A stretch of DNA of 63,998 bases, the filler included, from Collodictyon triciliatum (lineage: Eukaryota), in assembly GCA_043381765.1 (NCBI GenBank). It is 22 parts of 22 records of this genome, joined end to end, with 100 filler letters (N's around TTAATTAATTAA, not from the genome) between each part and the next. Parts side by side here need not be neighbours in the genome. Positions count along the whole stretch, not along the records: positions 11,682 to 14,499 come from JBHJMP010008244.1; positions 14,600 to 17,401 come from JBHJMP010008245.1; positions 17,502 to 20,318 come from JBHJMP010008246.1; positions 20,419 to 23,235 come from JBHJMP010008247.1; positions 23,336 to 26,150 come from JBHJMP010008248.1; positions 26,251 to 29,066 come from JBHJMP010008249.1; 16 more parts are not named here. One strand, 5' to 3'. The translations under genes were made by a program, and so were the position numbers. Below are positions 13,638-27,107 of this stretch, piece after piece (position 1 is the stretch's first letter; every line of letters begins with the position of its first letter). A model generated the notes under the pieces. The model did no database searches. It saw only the letters and a program-made list of their open reading frames with translations, and was not told the origin of the DNA.

Positions 13638-13918
13638 AGTGGGATGGCCGTGTGGTCATTCGCCTCCGGAGGGAAATTTGGCCTCGGATCGAATCCAGGT
13701 CAGGGCACCCGGTGGTTGCGGCTCCTTAGATTTGTATGATTCTCAACCATCTCGAGTGCATAGCGATGAATCATGAATCCAGCTTCCTTACCAAGCCGGC
13801 CTGCACCCGTATCCGACACACGCCACTGATTTCAACCAAGGCGCATACAACTACATCGGACTGTAAAAAAAATCTCTAAAAACCCCTTCCTTCCCTTGAA
13901 TCGAATAAAGGAAGAAAA
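13638..13918 (+). mobile_element. Putative tRNA-derived SINE with a LINE-B-like 3' tail
   Basis: Pol III A-box-like TGGCCGTGTGG (13645-13655); B-box-like GGATCGAATCC (13686-13696) within a T-arm-like stem; ends TTGAATCGAATAAAGGAAGAAAA, shared with LINE B. No TSD seen and only one copy in this window. Confidence 0.6.
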
Positions 13919-14403
13919 TGAAATACTCAATGCCATCGAAGTATTACCCCGAGCTCTAGCAACACCCTCTGGCCCCTAATCTCTTGTGGTCTGTGGGCGC
14001 TGAGGTGAGATTGCTGGCAACAGTTGTCAACCGCTAAGATAGCAAAGAACGGCGTTTCCAAACGCATTCATGACACATCGAATGACGCATTTTCATTCTC
14101 TAATTCAAGGGTCCATAATCGGACTTTTCGTGGGTATTCCTCACAACCCACAATGTCCGCGACGCTTTTAACTCGTTCCGTGGGTGCGCGGATGCGACAA
14201 ACATCGCCACGCGGCACTTCCGCTGCAGTGCATTGGGGAACAGGGATCGCCCCTTCTCATTGAACCGAACGAAGGAGAAACAACAACAAACCACCGCGCC
14301 CTCTGGTTGGTTGCGGCACCCGCACAACGCGGAGAATCCGAGACAGCCCAAGCAACCGGAATCCGAACGCCTGTTACTATAATACACCTTTGGGAGTGTA
14401 AAA

Positions 14404-14499
14404 TAAGATACAAATAAGATACAAATAAGATACAAATAAGATACAAATAAGATACAAATAAGATACAAATAAGATACAAATAAGATACAAATAAGATAC
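14404..14499 (+). repeat. (ATAAGATACAA)n 11-bp minisatellite
   Basis: Direct reading. Confidence 0.9.
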
Positions 14500-15199
14500 N
14501 NNNNNNNNNNNNNNNNNNNNNNNNNNNNNNNNNNNNNNNNNNNTTAATTAATTAANNNNNNNNNNNNNNNNNNNNNNNNNNNNNNNNNNNNNNNNNNNNA
14601 AAAGATAAAAAAAGGGAAAAGAGAAGGAATAAAAGGAAAGGAAAAAAAAGAAAGGGAAAAATAGGAAAGAAAAGAAAAAGAAAAAAGAAAAAAGAAAAAA
14701 AGAAAAAAGAAAAAAAGAAAAAAAGAAAAAAAAGAAAAAAAAGAAAAAAAAGAAAAAAAGAAAAAAAGAAAAAAAGAAAAGAAAAAGAGTGCACAAACGA
14801 GCTCTCCTTTCAGTCCAAGGACAAGCGCTTTCAAAGAGGCGACTTCTTGCGCGATAGAAACAGTATCCTCGTCTGCAGACATCGGTCGTGTTCAACAGCA
14901 GGGCAGCGCTTTTCCTACAGACGCACAGACTTGATGTCATGCCCAAAACAGCCTTCGCCTCTTGTTGTTGTGATTCTGCTTGATCGATCGAGATGAAACG
15001 CGACAGGAAAAACCATGCAAGGCACGGCATCAGAAATGCAATCCAATCTGTTCGATATTTCAGGTACTATACAATCCATACGGCATCATCTACCCCAAGC
15101 TTGTATCTCTTTGTCTCCTTGCCCCAAAGTTTATTCCATCGCGCAGCGGTGTTGACAGCGGCATACTTTTTCAAACATGCCCACCACACGACCATGTCT

Positions 15200-17240
15200 T
15201 TAACATGAGATGTTTTCCTCATCTCTTTTCTCTGTTGACAAGTGCTGGGCTTCGGAAGTGCCTTCATTTGCGCCATCCCCCAGTTGAAGTTCTGTGTTAG
15301 GGGGTGGGATTTGCTCGATGGTTGGGTTTTGATTGTATGCCTCTTGATTGCTTTCTTGGTGCTCTATTTTCGCGGTGTTTTCCAAATGATCACCAGTAAT
15401 CACATTCTCAAAGAATATGTCCGTAGCCTCAGCTGGGTGGGTAATCACCATCCCGGCGAGAAGGACATGCTGGAATCCATATACAACAGCGAGCTGTCGA
15501 TGAGATAAAAGGGAATATCAACCATGGTTACATCGAAACAGAAGTGATTAATGGTGAATTTGGTTGAAGTGTATTTCTTTTGATTCTTGGACTTTTCTTT
15601 ACTTTAAATAGAAGGACGGCTCAAATGTATGTTTTTCATCAATAAAAATTCTTTTTTTTTCTGATTGAGTTACGAGCTTCTTCGTTATCTTATTATGCGA
15701 CGTTCTGGTGTGTATTGTTTGAATAATCTCAACTGGTGTGTAAATCAAAAAAAATCATGCATAAAATGCAATACTCACTAGTAAATAGACACCACGGGTA
15801 AACTCATCGTCATATCCATTATATGCGATAAGTATGACCAGCGTCATCACTGCATAAAGTGCATCAGAGATAAGAGTAGAAAGGACAAAGGATGGGACGC
15901 TTGCTCCCACCAGAAAAAAATGGTCTTCCACGTGGCTGGGCCTTAATAAAAATTTCATCAGATTCCATCAGCTTGATTATTTGCGTATTCTTTAAGCTCA
16001 GATTAACCCAAACTTAAGACCCATAGACACATAGCTGCCAATCTAAATAGGTGAATCCAAAAAGAGAGAGAGAAAAAAAGAATCAAGATAGAGACCTTCG
16101 TCTCAGTATTGCTATAGGAACATAGNNNNNNNNNNNNNNNNNNNNNNNNNNNNNNNNNNNNNNNNNNNNNNNNNNNNNNNNNNNNNNNNNNNNNNNNNNN
16201 NNNNNNNNNNNNNNNNNNNNNNNNNNNNNNNNNNNNNNNNNNNNNNNNNNNNNNNNNNNNNNNNNNNNNNNNNNNNNNNNNNNNNNNNNNNNNNNNNNNN
16301 NNNNNNNNNNNNNNNNNNNNNNNNNNNNNNNNNNNNNNNNNNNNNNNNNNNNNNNNNNNNNNNNNNNNNNNNNNNNNNNNNNNNNNNNNNNNNNNNNNNN
16401 NNNNNNNNNNNNNNNNNNNNNNNNNNNNNNNNNNNNNNNNNNNNNNNNNNNNNNNNNNNNNNNNNNNNNNNNNNNNNNNNNNNNNNNNNNNNNNNNNNNN
16501 NNNNNNNNNNNNNNNNNNNNNNNNNNNNNNNNNNNNNNNNNNNNNNNNNNNNNNNNNNNNNNNNNNNNNNNNNNNNNNNNNNNTCTTATTCAATTATATA
16601 TATATAATAAATTACCTCACAGGTGCGAAAAACAAAAGAGCACCATTTACGATATCCTTGACCGTACCTATCCAAAATGTTTATTTTTCGTTTTTAAATT
16701 ATGCTTTGCATCATAGGACTATTACATGCATTTCATAGTGTAAGTTAGAAAATGTTTTATTTTCACAAGAAATCTGTCGGTAACATATTCGCAAATGAAT
16801 CAAGCAAGTTGACTAGACCATACAATGGGGCCATTAGCCTTTCTGACTCAACTGTTGACAGTGCGACGGAAGATATGGACAGGGCCAATGATATTATTTG
16901 CAATAAAGACGCCTCTTGTCTGTTAAGGCATGATTATTATTTTTTTACATGAGATAGGGAAAAAAAGGGAGAAATTTAATAAAGGTTTCCTTGATAATAT
17001 TTTTTCATCATTGAACAAAATGTGTATTCACTTTGATAAGACAAAATAGGTTTGCAGCAAAGATTGTGGGATGGATTGCATCATGGCGGTGGTGGCCTTA
17101 ATAAATTATTTTCTTTTTGTGAGATAATATTAAGCACAGCACCAAAAGGGAGCTCATTTTTGCAAAATTTTCTCACACTGGATTGCAAAGGAAGTATATA
17201 ATTATTCTACCTTGGTAAACTGGAACTCAGTGGTCATGAC
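15200..17240 (-). CDS. Partial XK-related (Xkr scramblase family) multi-pass membrane protein
   Basis: Spliced segments MMQSIPQSLLQTYFVL, SLLQIISLALSISSVALSTVESER and FVFRTCE resemble XK motifs (ESxPQLxLQxY; SxxxSxxS); several hydrophobic exons; internal N gap. Confidence 0.55.
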
Positions 17241-17501
17241 ATCTTTTCAGTTAATTAGAATTTTTGTTATCATTAATTAAATATTTAAAAAATGATGACG
17301 GAGAAAAGAAAAGAAAAGAAAAGAAAAGAAAAGAAAAGAAAAGAAAAGAAAAGAAAAGAAAAGAAAAGAAAAGAAAAGAAAAAGAAAAAGAAAAAGAAAA
17401 ANNNNNNNNNNNNNNNNNNNNNNNNNNNNNNNNNNNNNNNNNNNNTTAATTAATTAANNNNNNNNNNNNNNNNNNNNNNNNNNNNNNNNNNNNNNNNNNN
17501 N

Positions 17502-17850
17502 CATCGCACAAATGTGTGCTCAATGGATTCATCACCGTTGCTGCAAAGTGTGCATTGTTGGGAGACTTTGCCAGCTTTTGCCGCGCGTGTGCCTATCCAT
17601 AGCTCTCTATTGGTGATATTAAGCATTAGAGAGCGGTGATTTGGAAGGACTTGCGGGGTTCGTGCTTGTCTCCAGCTTGTGGTGAGTGGGGTGTGGGTGA
17701 TGCCCAGTGTTTCTCCCCACCGTTGATGTTTTGACTTTTTGTAGGGTGTCGGTAGCGATATTTTGTATCGAAAGAATTTGGAGTAGGCCACAGCCATCAA
17801 TAACTATTTCACCTTCACCTTAATCTCTCTTTGGACTTTTGGGTGTTTGA
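17502..17850 (-). mobile_element. LINE ORF2 fragment with a zf-RVT-type zinc-binding motif
   Basis: ...ITNRELWIGTRAAK...CTLCSNGDESIEHTFVR(C): the CxxC...ExxxHxFxxC pattern of L1/Tx1-type ORF2 C-termini; intronless. Confidence 0.8.
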
Positions 17851-18077
17851 AAGATTAGAAAACACATCTCCAAGAAACAAAGGGGAAGAAACGAAATAGT
17901 TTTCATTACATGATTTCGATTGTTTGATGGCGCAAATATTGTTTTGTATAGAGTTGAAAGTGATTGGTTTATTCATCGATCTTATGTATTGTCCTTTTTA
18001 TTGCGTGCCATAACGAGAACCATCACGCCAGTGCGAGTCGGATGAGTAACTAGTCACAAAGCAGCGGTTGAAGAGCT

Positions 18078-19854
18078 TCATTTGGGTGTGAGTAGAAACT
18101 CTGCAGCAATAAGGATATGGTCGGACCTGATTGTTGTGGTGATTGGGTTAGTTGCTGGCTCCGAGTGCGGTAATTCGGATTCAAATACCCATATTTCGCA
18201 GCTGGGAGAAGCTTCGGCCCAATCTCTTCAATAGTTGGGATTGAGTACAACTGAGTAGGTTTCCAATTCCCAGGCGTGTAGAAGATGTAGTCAATTGTAC
18301 GTTGGATGATGTGCCCGCGGTCCTATTATTTATTCATTATTTTATCTCCAATTTCACTGCTATGTTACTTATTGTCTTAATTTTTTGAATTTTTTGTCAC
18401 CAGAGATCAAATGCAATAGTAAAATGATAAACATCAATTAGAGTATTGGCATCGCAGGCACAAATCTATTCGATATGATAATCATAAAATGAAGGTGTTT
18501 TGATGGAAAAGACGAATGAAATATGGCATAAACAAGCTTCTAATGTAGGGGCTTAAGGTTCCGGTGAGAAATGAGTAAGATTGTAACATTACTTAAGTCC
18601 TAAACTCACCTTCGCAGTGGTGTGCTCGGGCTCCCCTTCTGCGCGGTATAAAGAGTAAGCACTTTTGAGTCCATTGTGGAAATCGATGAATTGGTTGTAT
18701 ACATCCGATTGAGGGTCGGTGTTCATGTCTCCAAGAATGATTATAGGAGTGGCTAGTAAAACATGGATAAATGTGTTATGGAAATTCATGTGTTGATATA
18801 ATCACATTTTTTTTTCCAATTGAATTGTAATTCAGACAAATACAAACGAATAAAGGAAAAAAATTCAAACAAATACAAAAGAAAAAAGATGGAGGAAAAC
18901 TAACTCGGGTCTTTCGCTAATTCGTTTTCCAGTGCCTCTAACAATACTTTGCATTGTGCTACACGGGTAGCTGCATACTCTTTCTTAGCTTTTAAATGTC
19001 CAACAGCAACAACAAACTCAGACCCAATAATAGGCCCTCTGTTTTCTCCCAGTACTTGAAACTTGGAGATAATGGACGCCTGCATCATTTTTCACAGATA
19101 GAAAGCAACTATTTCAGCTGAATAGTCTGTAAATTTAAGTTAATGACGTCTTTCTATCTGCCCAATCAATGACATTCACAAATATACAAAAGAAAAGACA
19201 GATAATAAACCTGGGGCATGTTGGGTATCTCCAAGGATTCACTCCTAAGAACAAGTCGCTGGTTCCACAAAAGCGTGACCCTATATATGGCCACCAATTA
19301 TGTTTTGTGGTAATAGTGGACTGTAATTCCTTCAATTTGCTGATAGATATATGCCTCTTTAAAAAGATTTAAGATACCTAAAGTGCTTTATATGTATTCA
19401 TAGAGAAGAAACTAACTTGTCAGTTTTGTAAAAAAGTGCGCAACCATCTTTGGTTGGAGAATGGCTCTCTTTGCGCTCGTAAATCCCAGCAAACCCGTAT
19501 GTGCTCAAAGAAGCCTGGAAATCTTCAAAACGGTCGACTTCCTAGGCAATTGATATTGCTAGTTAGTTTCTGCAAAAAAAAAAAGTGAACTTAAGTGATA
19601 GTCATATAGATAAAATGAATTCTACTGTTATTGCTTTACCACAGTTGGTTTACAAGTTGCTCAATGTTTTGAATCTCAATAGATACCTCCAACCCAATTA
19701 TGTCTGCTCCTACGGCCAGTATCTCTGCTATTAAACGTGGAAATCGATACTCCCACGGCAGTAGGCTGGAGTCAACAACAGGAAATGAGTCTTGTGTTGC
19801 GTAACATTCAGCAAGGGCGTTGAATTGAGCGAAGCGAAGGCGGATTCCTGCCAT
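18078..19854 (-). CDS. NOCT: Nocturnin-like EEP-family phosphatase (CCR4 family), apparently complete
   Basis: Spliced motifs QFNALA, DIIGLE|EVD, DGCALFY, HLKAK, GDMNTDP, EPEHTTAK, TIDYIFY and GSDH, all in frame across GT-AG introns. Confidence 0.85.
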
Positions 19855-20418
19855 GAAATTGACCAAGTCAATAATGAAATAGAGTAGCGGCTGGTGTGAT
19901 TTTCTTGGTACCAATATAGACGTAACATTTTTCTATTGGGCCAATCTAGGAAGCATCTCCTCTTCCCTTTGGTTTATTTAATCTTTTATGCTTTTTGTAT
20001 TCTATATTTTGCAGCTCCAACGCTGTATTTTTTTTTTGCTTCTGTCTTTGTTTTTTGTTGTTTTTTTTTGTTTTTTTTGTTTTTTTTGTTTTTTGTTTTT
20101 TGTTCTGTGTTTTTTGTTCTGTGTTTTCTGTGTTTTCTGTGTTTTGTGTGTTTTGTGTTTTTTTGTGTTTTTTTTGTGTTTTTTTGTGTTTTTTTGTGTT
20201 TTTTTTGTGTTTTTTTTGTGTTTTTTTGTGTTTTTTTTGTGTTTTTTGTGTTTTTTGTGTTTTTTGTGTTTTTTGTGTTTTTTGTGTTTTTTGTGTTTTT
20301 TGTGTTTTTTTTGTTTTTNNNNNNNNNNNNNNNNNNNNNNNNNNNNNNNNNNNNNNNNNNNNTTAATTAATTAANNNNNNNNNNNNNNNNNNNNNNNNNN
20401 NNNNNNNNNNNNNNNNNN

Positions 20419-20481
<63 letters not shown>

Positions 20482-20691
20482 CTTTTTTTTTTACTGTTTT
20501 TTTTACTGTTTTTTTTACTGTTTTTTTTACTGTTTTTTTTACTGTTTTTTTTACTGTTTTTTTACTGATTTTTTTTACTGATTTTTAACTGTTTTTTTTA
20601 CTGTCTTTTTTGCTATTTTTTTAACTGTTTTGGCTCGTGATTATTCTTTTTGTATTGTAATTTTTTTTAAAAAAAATTAATTAGAAAAAAC

Positions 20692-21012
20692 CTTGGCTTC
20701 TCGCTATAACATCTGTAAGTGCCTTTACGGCTGCCACAGAGAGGGCCATCCCGGAGTCTGTGCGCATGTAATTCTCAAAGGCCTCGGCAACTAAATCATA
20801 ACAAAAGGCATCAACGAACGACCGACTTATGTCCCGAAGCCCAGCGAACACCAAAGCAAACCCCCTTAAACTCATCCACGTAAGTAAATGCCTTTTGACC
20901 CGGAAATCACATAGAAATAAAAAAGAAAAAGGGAAAGATAAAGAAAGAGAAAAAGAAAAAGGAAAAGAAAAAGAAAAAGAAAAAGAAATGAAATAAAATG
21001 AAAAGGGAAAGA

Positions 21013-21045
<33 letters not shown>

Positions 21046-21660
21046 ACAAAAAGAAAAGATGAGAAAAGAAAAAGAAATGAAATGAAATGAAATGAAATGA
21101 AATGAAAAAGGGAAAGAAAAAGAAATAGAAAAAGAAAAGAAAAAGAAAAGAAAAGAAAAGAAAAGGAAATAAAATAAAATGAAAAAGGGAAAGAAAAAGA
21201 AAAGAAAAGAAATAGAAAAAGAAATAGAAAAAGAAAAAGAAATAGAAAAAGAAAAAGAAAAGAAAAGGAAATAAAATAAAATGAAAAAGGGAAAGAAAAA
21301 GAAAAGAAAACAAAAGAAAACAAAAAGAAAAGATGAGAAAAGAAAAAGAAAAAGAAATAAAATGAAATGAAATGAAATGAAAAAGGGAAACAGAAAAGAA
21401 AGAGAAAAGAAAGAGAAAAGAAAGAGAAAAGAAAGAGAAAAGAAAGAGAAAAGAAAAACGAAAACGAAAACGAAAACGAAAAAAGAGAAAACAAAAAGAA
21501 AAAGAAATGAAAGAGAAAAGCAAAGAAACTTTGCAAGCGTCTTTATCTCTGCAACGAACCAAGCAAACTGACTGGGAAACTGCGGCGACGAAAGAAGTCA
21601 CGAACCTCCCATGTAGTCCTCCGCCTGCGTGTGGGCGACTGCGTTCTCCCCTTGCGACAT
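20692..21660 (-). CDS. EIF2B1: Translation initiation factor eIF2B alpha-like, first two exons (21606-21660, 20692-20790)
   Basis: AEAFENYMRTDSGMALSVAAVKALTDVIARSQ matches the eIF2B-alpha N-terminal AVAAIxAL motif. Confidence 0.7.
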
Positions 21661-22028
21661 TCTCCTCTGCTGAGTGCGATCATGTCAGAAAACGCAAGTA
21701 TGCTGAAAAACGCAGGTGCTGTTTCGTGTTTTTTTTTCTTTTTGCTCGTTCTGCTCCATTCGCTTCTCTTTGATTCGCTCGCCTTTATGCGGCTCTAAGA
21801 ACTATTTGGCAAGAACCACACAGCAGTCACCGTACCTCATTTTGTTTATCTATTGTTAACAATTTTATATGTATGAATTATCAGAATTACACAAACTGTG
21901 TCTATTGGGTGGGATATTGATGTTTTTTATTGTTTTATATTATAAATTCCAAAAATATTGTGGCGTGGTTTAAATTCCGAAAAACAAACCAAAAACCAAC
22001 CGAAAAACAGAAACAAAAACGAACCGAA

Positions 22029-22901
22029 ATGCAAGAGATGCAAAGGCTTCAAGCAGGTTAGCGCCCTTCCAGCCCACCTTTTAAAAGTAAATTAAAGTAA
22101 AAATAAATTAAAATAAATTAAAATAAATTAAAATAAATTAAAAGTAAAATTAAAGTAAAATTAAAGTAAAAATAAAGTAAAAATAAAGTAAATTAAAGTA
22201 AAAATAAATTAAAATAAATTAAAATAAATTAAAATAAATTAAAATAAATTAAAAGTAAAAATAAAGTAAAATAAAATAAAATACAATAAAATACAATAAA
22301 GTAAAATAAAGTAAAATAAAGTAAAGTAAAATAAAGTAAAATAAAGTAAAATAAAGTAAAGTAAAATAAAGTAAAATAAAATAAAATAAAATAAAATAAA
22401 ATAAAATACAATAAAATACAATAAAATACAATAAAATACAATAAAATACAATANNNNNNNNNNNNNNNNNNNNNNNNNNNNNNNNNNNNNNNNNNNNNNN
22501 NNNNNNNNNNNNNNNNNNNNNNNNNNNACAATAAAATACAATAAAATACAATAAAATACAATAAAATACAATAAAATAACAATAAGAAGAAAAATGGAAG
22601 AAATAAGAAAAAATAGGTAAACTTTCTTGGGACTCTAGTACACACCTGATGCCCTAATAAAAAAATACGATGCAAAAACATAGCCCTCGAAGCGACTGAA
22701 CAGGATGATGGTTGTATGGCAGAATGCAAGGAGTTGAGCGAGGTCATTACTGAGCTTCAAAAACTGCTCCGTGGACAGGCATCGCCATCCTGGAGCGTCG
22801 TTTACCAGTGCAACCTTGACCCACTCGAATTCGGAGGTGACGAAGACAACAGTGTCGAAGACGAAGAGAACATACTTTTGGAAAAACTTGCCATAAAATG
22901 A
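22029..22901 (+). CDS. Possible small acidic hypothetical protein (2 exons)
   Basis: MQEMQRLQA|ALEATEQDD...LLEKLAIK* joined by a GT-AG intron that contains a repeat and a gap; no recognisable family. Confidence 0.3.
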
Positions 22902-23607
22902 GACTTTAGCCGACGCATTCGGCCGTAGCGTAGGGGATGTGGGTTTCTAAACGCCAAGCGTAACGGGGGTTGTGATGTAGCAGATGCAGAGCGCAGAAGG
23001 GTACGCCGAAGAGGGGCGACCCACCGAAAAGAAGATAGTGGCATCGGGTTTGTCAGTGGGCAACTTGACTGGGTTGCAGGTTGCGTAGACTTTAAATCTT
23101 GCGTCTGGGGCGGAAGGTTTTTTTGGGATAATTTACCAGACGTCTGGCAAAATAAAAATAAAAATAAAAATAAAAATAAAAATAAAAATAAAAATAAAAA
23201 TAAAAATAAAAATAAAAATAAAAATAAAAATAAAANNNNNNNNNNNNNNNNNNNNNNNNNNNNNNNNNNNNNNNNNNNNTTAATTAATTAANNNNNNNNN
23301 NNNNNNNNNNNNNNNNNNNNNNNNNNNNNNNNNNNGTGGATATTTTGATTGAAAATAATGAATTTGAGACTTCATTTTAATCTAAAATGCGATTTAATGT
23401 ATGTTATTGATAAATTATTTCATCGCCCACTCGTACGAAACTGGCTATTGTACAAAATGTGATGATTAGAAATCAACTGCCGAGGAAATATGAATGAATA
23501 AGTTGACTTCAAACAATATATCCTCTTATGAGACAACCTGGATGCTATACTCTTTACTGTTTTTTGTGGGACAACCACGTAAAACAAATAAATTGCCGCA
23601 TCGAACC

Positions 23608-25830
23608 TAGAGTCACGAAGTGGATGGTAGCATGGAGATGACCCTGAGAAAAAGATTATACATCATACATGAAAGATACACTATAATACTGCGAACATCA
23701 TAGGCTCAATCGATGAATGAATGAAAAATGTGGATATACTGGCTGAGATTTGATAAAAAAAAAATCCCATAGTCTAGGTGTGTCATATTTTTTATTTGGA
23801 TAAGTTCGAATCGACGATAGTAGAACAGCCATCCATATGATTGGGAGGAAAAGAGATTCTAAAATATTTAACTAAATTAAATATCTAGCAAAAGTATACC
23901 CATGCTTGGCATTGAGAAATATAGCATCCAAGACACACAGACAGCTAGAATTGCACCCTAATCATATCGATAACAAAATACCTGTCTTTCAGTTTAATCG
24001 AATCTCAAAAAATTCACACAATAGAAGCAGTATGGCGATGCAGGCTGATGCAAACAAGGCCATGAGGAAGTCGGTAAGTATGTGACATCAAAAAGTTCTC
24101 CACCCAAAATAAAAAAGCATGAAAATATATGAGTATCCTCATTTATTATTTTAGGTACGGAAATATTTTGAAAATAATCATGGACATTAAATTCACTCGC
24201 CTGTATTCAGATGTGCGATTATTTTATGGGAAAATCTGAACAAAAAACAGTACATGATATGGTGTTCAACCAAGAATATAAGCGTGTGTGAGACATGGGA
24301 TATGTAAAGTTGTAACAAACAATCAAACAGAGAGCATACAAAATCTTTTTTAGATAAAAAAAATTCAAGTTTGCGATATTTATTAATGATGTAATTGTTA
24401 GGAATACAAAAAACTGAACTTGAAAAAATATTGGACAAACTGTTCAAAAATTATATTATCAATCTATGATGCTTTTCTACCGTCTTTGTGTTGAAAGAGT
24501 TTTGGACTTACACAATCACCAGATAACTGTAACAAATTTGCTGCGATTTTCAGTATCAACGCGATTAGACACACTTAATAAATAACAGTGAAATATACAT
24601 GAAAACAACAACCTGTGATAGATTTACATCACAATGGGCTTATACTAAACTTACCTTACGGCGCGAATTGTCATACAATTGAGACCCAGCTGTTAATTTA
24701 TATTTCACAATCAAGTTTTTTCATGAAACCCAGCACCATGAGCCGAACCTGACCATCTGGATGGATACCGACAGAAAATCTGGAAACATGCGCCGGTGAT
24801 TCCGTGTTGGAGGCAGGAAAAAGCACCTCTTTTTTTTTTTTAATATCTTACCATATCGTGATACTGACATACTTTTAAAAAAAAAAGCCAATTTGAAATG
24901 AGGGGTTCGTTTCATTTAAAATTAAAATATCTGTAAAAGAGTATTAAACTACTCAAGGCTTGTTAGGTATAAGGATATTCAAGTGGAATGGAAGCAAAAA
25001 TAAAAAAAGATATGTTTTCAAGTAATACTGCGCAGCGGACAAACAAGTTTGAACGAAGATATCCTCACGTATAAAAATAAGAAATAGATGCCACTCTAGA
25101 AATACATAAATTTCAACCCAAATGAGTCTAGCGTATTTGTATCGCTTCTCAAAGAACACTCTGAAAAAGTAGAGATTTGCTGCAGATGTGGGAAAATAAA
25201 AAAATTGTATTCATGTCTGGTTTGTGCTTGGAAGTGCCAAAAGAAAAGAAAAATGTCTAAAAGAAAAAAATTACACATCATCACTTAACTCATCAAACAC
25301 CAAACTAATTTTTTTTTTCAAAGCACTCATTAATTAATGGAGAGCAGGCAAATTTTATCATTTGCTCATTTAAATCGACAGAGCAGATACCAAAAAAAAA
25401 AAAGAAGTGAGCGAGAGCTTCCAGTGGTTCACAAGATAATCAAAACCTCCAAGTCGTATATCTTGACCACCCTGGTTAGTCTGTGCAGATCACCCTTGAA
25501 GCTGTGAGAAACCACACCGTCTGGCGCTTGTTCGTTGGGAGTTGCAGAACATAAATAAACAATGAGTCCAACAACGTCATTTATCAGATTGCCTTTTATT
25601 ACAAGGAGATCAGGTGATGAAGAGGCGAGCAGAACAGTTTGTCCAAAATCCATCAAATTATTGTCTTTTCGTAGAAATGCGTTTATCTCTCTGATGCCGG
25701 ATACTGCTTGAAACTTTTTTTAAATAAAATATGAACATGAGTTAAGTTTTCTCCTACTTTTCGACATAAACTGAATTTCATGCCATGTAGCGACTACGGT
25801 CTTGGTTCTGGACGTTCTCCTGCCTGCCAA
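23608..25830 (-). CDS. Partial multi-exon, multi-pass membrane protein; exon structure unresolved
   Basis: A series of GT-AG-bounded hydrophobic segments (e.g. ARLIWVEIYVFLEWHLFLIFI, ESLFLPIIWMAVLLSS). Confidence 0.35.
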
Positions 25831-26250
25831 AATGCAAACTTCTATTTAATAGCCAATATCGGCAACAACAAAAAAAAAAATATCGAACTCCCAACAGATG
25901 ACAAGCTCTCGCGTATTTCTGTGTGTGAAATGTGTTCTTTGTTGTGTTTTGCAAGAATAAGATCGAGTGTTTCGCTCTGTAAATCAACTGGGCTATCTCA
26001 ACTTATTTTTATCCTAGGGGCTTGGTCATCTCATTTTGCTTGTGTTCACTTCAACATCACGCCTTTCACAAACGTCGCTGTGTTTCAAAAAAAAAAAAAC
26101 CTTATCTCCCTTTTATAACTATAAATAATGAAAGAAAAGAAAGAAAAAATNNNNNNNNNNNNNNNNNNNNNNNNNNNNNNNNNNNNNNNNNNNNTTAATT
26201 AATTAANNNNNNNNNNNNNNNNNNNNNNNNNNNNNNNNNNNNNNNNNNNN

Positions 26251-26327
<77 letters not shown>

Positions 26328-27107
26328 CAGCGTCAAAAGATCGTCAATGTTTTTGACAATGGCCTTTTGCTTGTCGATAACTGTCAACATTTTGTAAAGG
26401 TTAAATCGATATTTGTCTCTTATCAGATTCTGAAGCCTCAGAGCAACAAAATGTCAGTTAATTATTTGAATACCGCTTATCTAGTGATCATCACGCTTGG
26501 TGGTGGACAGAAGGATTCAAGATTGAGCAACTATCAAGTATGAAATGAAAGAAAACCTCCCAACAGACATATTAAATCGGCTAAAGCATACGGAAGCTCA
26601 CGCTGGCACTATGAGCTACCAAAGACGAAATGAAAGCAAATTAAAAAGGGTCGCAACCCAAACAATAGATTTTGGCCCGCAAGGTGAAAGGTGTGTCCAC
26701 GAGCATGACAAGGATAGTTGCTAGCGGAAAATACTTTCTTCCTTCCCTATTTTCCCCTTCTATATTTCTCTCTTCAAGGGGTTAAATTCCTTCACCTCGC
26801 ATGCGAATAGCTTTTAGAAGAGGTCACGCAGCTAAAGTCGCTGAATTACAAATGTCTGGCTCGCCGTCATTTAATCGCGCCTATAAGGTAGCATTTTCAT
26901 CGTTTTATCTATCTATTTTTTTTTTTTTCGTTTGTATGTTTAGTTTAAATATTCTTTACATGATTACAAACTGAAACGTATTGATCGTTTCATAGTGGCT
27001 GGAGTGAACAGCGCGTTGGGCAGCCATTAGGCCGGTTAGATTTATGTCATGTGCCTTTTGCCTCCCATAGGAAGAGAAAAGTTGCTCATTATTTCTTGAT
27101 TGTTGCT

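Noticed and set aside
13638-13710. Functional tRNA gene
   Set aside because: No convincing acceptor or anticodon stem and no poly(T) terminator.
13440-13913. 18-bp inverted repeats suggesting a MITE or DIRS-like element
   Set aside because: Better explained as a LINE tail with its own TSD lying back to back with a SINE that shares the tail.
13950-14375. GC-rich stretch that might hold exons, including a frame ending in GCC*
   Set aside because: No consistent spliced frame or recognisable motif could be built.
19936-21601. Long Phe-rich ORFs (and similar poly-Leu/Ile/Lys ORFs elsewhere)
   Set aside because: Translations of intronic or terminal simple repeats.
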